64,000 nt of DNA from Felis catus (taxonomy: Eukaryota). The stretch spans positions 55,120,001-55,184,000 of the forward strand of contig NC_058382.1 in NCBI RefSeq assembly GCF_018350175.1, given 5' to 3'. The notes under the pieces are model-generated. The model searched no databases and was not told the DNA's origin. It was given only the letters and a program-made list of their open reading frames with translations. The position numbers were made by a program, and so were the translations under genes. Below, one piece after another: positions 61,850 through 64,000 of this stretch (its first letter is position 1; every line of letters begins with the position of its first letter).

Positions 61850-62640
61850 CTTTTCTTTCCTTGTAAAGGAGCAATCTACTGTCTGTTTCTATATTCGCCT
61901 TCTCTGGACGTTTCATAGAAGTGGAATCCTAATATGTAGATTTTTGTGTCTGACTTCTTTCTTTTTTTTTTTTTAAGTTTTTTTTTTAAGAGAGAGACAG
62001 ACCGAGAGACAGAGTGCAAGTGGGGGAGGCGCAGAGAGAGAGAGGGAGACACAGAACCTGAAGCAGGCTCCAGGCTCTGAGCTGTCAGCACAGAGCCTGG
62101 CGTGCGGCTTGAACTCAACCGAGAGATCGTGACCTGAGCTGAAGTCGGACGCTTAACCGACTGAGCCATCCAGTCGCCCCAACGTCTGACTTCTTTCACT
62201 TAACATATGTTAAGGCTCGTCCACATTGCAGTGTCTATGAGTGATCGATTCCTTTTTTATGGCTGAGTAGTGTTTCATTGTTAGGAGAGACCACATTTTG
62301 TGTATCCATTTCATTACTCGATGGACCTTCAAGATGTTCCCACTTTCTGGCTGGATGAGGAATGCTGCTGTGAGCATTTGTGGACAGATTTTTGTGGAAA
62401 TAAGTTGCCCTTCTTTGTGTATGTACCTAAGAGGGGACTTGCTGGGTCCCTTGTAACTCTGTATTGACTTGTTTGAGGGCCTGCCAGGCTGTTTACCACA
62501 GTGGCTGAGCCATTCGACATTCCCACCAGTTTGTCCACACCCTCGCCAACTCTTGTTACTGTCTGAGTTTTTGACGATAGCCATCCTAGTGGGGGTGAAG
62601 TCCTATCTCTTTGTGGTCCTGATTAGCATTTCCCTGATGG
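61850..62640 (-). mobile_element. L1M 3' fragment with Can-SINE insertion (61962-62180, minus)
   Basis: L1 3' motifs; SINE flanked by gtctgacttctttc. Confidence 0.85.
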
Positions 62641-63349
62641 ATCCTTGTTCTATTTTAAATAAAACTCCTTACACGGTTTTTGGTTGATGCAGTGTTTTTC
62701 CATCAAACACTTAGTTTCTGTGGCAGCATCCACTCGTACTTTGACTCTCCTGGGTCCGGCGCTGACACCTGGGTGCTTCCCATGGGGGAGCAAGTAAGGA
62801 AACTCAGGTTAGCGAGGAGCACACAGGTATGAGTGCTGATCATTGGGGATGTGATTCCTGGCTCGAGTCCAGAACTATAACTTTTAAACATCGACTTTTG
62901 GGGGACAAAAGGACCATTTTAGCCTAAGTCTCCATAGTAAATGTTCAAGATCACCTGGATGCTGTGGGTGAGATGTGGCATAGATTTTCCCTCATTTAAA
63001 GGTTGAATGCCTTGGCTCAGGGTGTCCTCTTTCCTTCTGACTTCCCAACTGGCCACTTGAGCCTCTTGGCCTGCTGTTTGGCCAGTGGCCACCCCCTACG
63101 GGGAAATGGAATTGGGAGGCACTACTGGCATAGGAATTACTGCCCTTGCTGAACACTGTAAGCACGTGTGTGTCTGTGTGATCATGTGTATGGATATCCA
63201 CGTATAGTCTGCAGTCATCACACGAAGCCCGTGACTTATGCCTTTGTGCCGGTGAAGTAAGTGAGCTTGGGTGACTGGCCCAAGGTTACCAAGCTTTTTA
63301 GAGGAACAGCATAGGGCCAGTTTCCCCCATCACCAGGTGCTATAAAAAC

Positions 63350-63700
63350 TTACAAGCCACAGACTGGGAGAAAATGTTTGCAAAACACATGGCTGATAAA
63401 GGGCTTGTTTCCAAAATATACAAAGAACTCTCAAAAACACAACAATAAGGGGACACCTGAATGGTTCAGTTGGTTGAGCATTGGACTCTTGATTTTGACT
63501 CAGGTCTTGACCTCATGGTTTGTGAGATCGAGCCCCATGTTGGACTCTGTGCTGACTTGGGATTCTCCTTCTGCCCCTCCCCCATACTCTCTCATGCTCG
63601 CTCGCAATATATAAACATTAAAAAAAAAAAAAAACCCACAACAGTAAGAAAACAAAAAAACCCAATTAAAAAGTGAGCAAAAGATCTGAGCAGATATTTT
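63350..63700 (+). mobile_element. L1 ORF2 fragment with Can-SINE insertion (63449-63634, plus)
   Basis: agactgggagaaaatgtttgcaaa ... cccaattaaaaagtgagcaaaagatctga; TSD cacaaca(a/g)taag. Confidence 0.85.
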
Positions 63701-63832
63701 ATTTGCTCTCCCCCCATCCCACCCACCTCTCCATTCTGTAGCTGAACTGGGCTACTTCTAGACCAGTGCTGTGCAAAAGAAAAATGTGAACTGCCAATGC
63801 CAACCATGTGTATAGCTTTAGTATTATTATTA

Positions 63833-64000
63833 TTTAAAAGTTTATTTTTGAAAAAGAGAATGCGAGAGGGAAGGGGCAGAGAGAGAGAGGGAGACACAGA
63901 ATCCGAAGCAGGCTCCACGCTCTGAGCTGTCAGCGCAGAGCCTGATTTGGCTCAGGTCATGATCTCGTGGTTTGTGGGTTTGAGCCCCAAAGTCGGAAGC
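63833..64000 (-). mobile_element. Can-SINE with internal micro-inversion, cut by the window end
   Basis: Reverse SINE body to 63945, forward-oriented SINE segment 63946-63989, reverse orientation resumes (aagtcggaagc). Confidence 0.88.

Noticed and set aside
1..64000. Prokaryote-style systems (CRISPR arrays, operons, defence islands) or another novel multi-gene system
   Set aside because: The window is mammalian intergenic and intronic DNA; the recurring ~200-bp units are dispersed SINEs, not repeat-spacer arrays, and only one coding exon is supportable.

Overview
Mammalian, repeat-rich genomic DNA, almost certainly felid: it carries about 35 Can-SINEs, including young copies close to the SINEC_Fc consensus as I recall it. 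The only protein-coding sequence I can support is the start of PLCG2 (phospholipase C gamma 2, + strand): a CpG-island promoter with non-coding exon 1 (~41990-42078), intron 1, and first coding exon 46999-47233 (CDS 47041-47233, [64 protein letters not shown]). Intron 2 then runs off the window end. The 42 kb upstream is mostly SINE/L1/L2/MIR/MaLR/MER repeats but holds two orphan promoter-like elements (a CpG island at ~5.0-5.95 kb with an RFX X-box/CRE composite; an ETS + ZNF143/GFY element at ~14.1 kb) and a strong CTCF motif at 10.13 kb. I see no evidence for a novel biological system. The best leads are candidate upstream promoters and haematopoietic enhancers for PLCG2, plus several unusual retroposition structures (two SINEs sharing one TTAA nick site, SINE-in-SINE, a micro-inversion within a SINE, an internally deleted SINE). 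Repeat family names come from recalled consensus features, not a database search; boundaries of old repeats are approximate.
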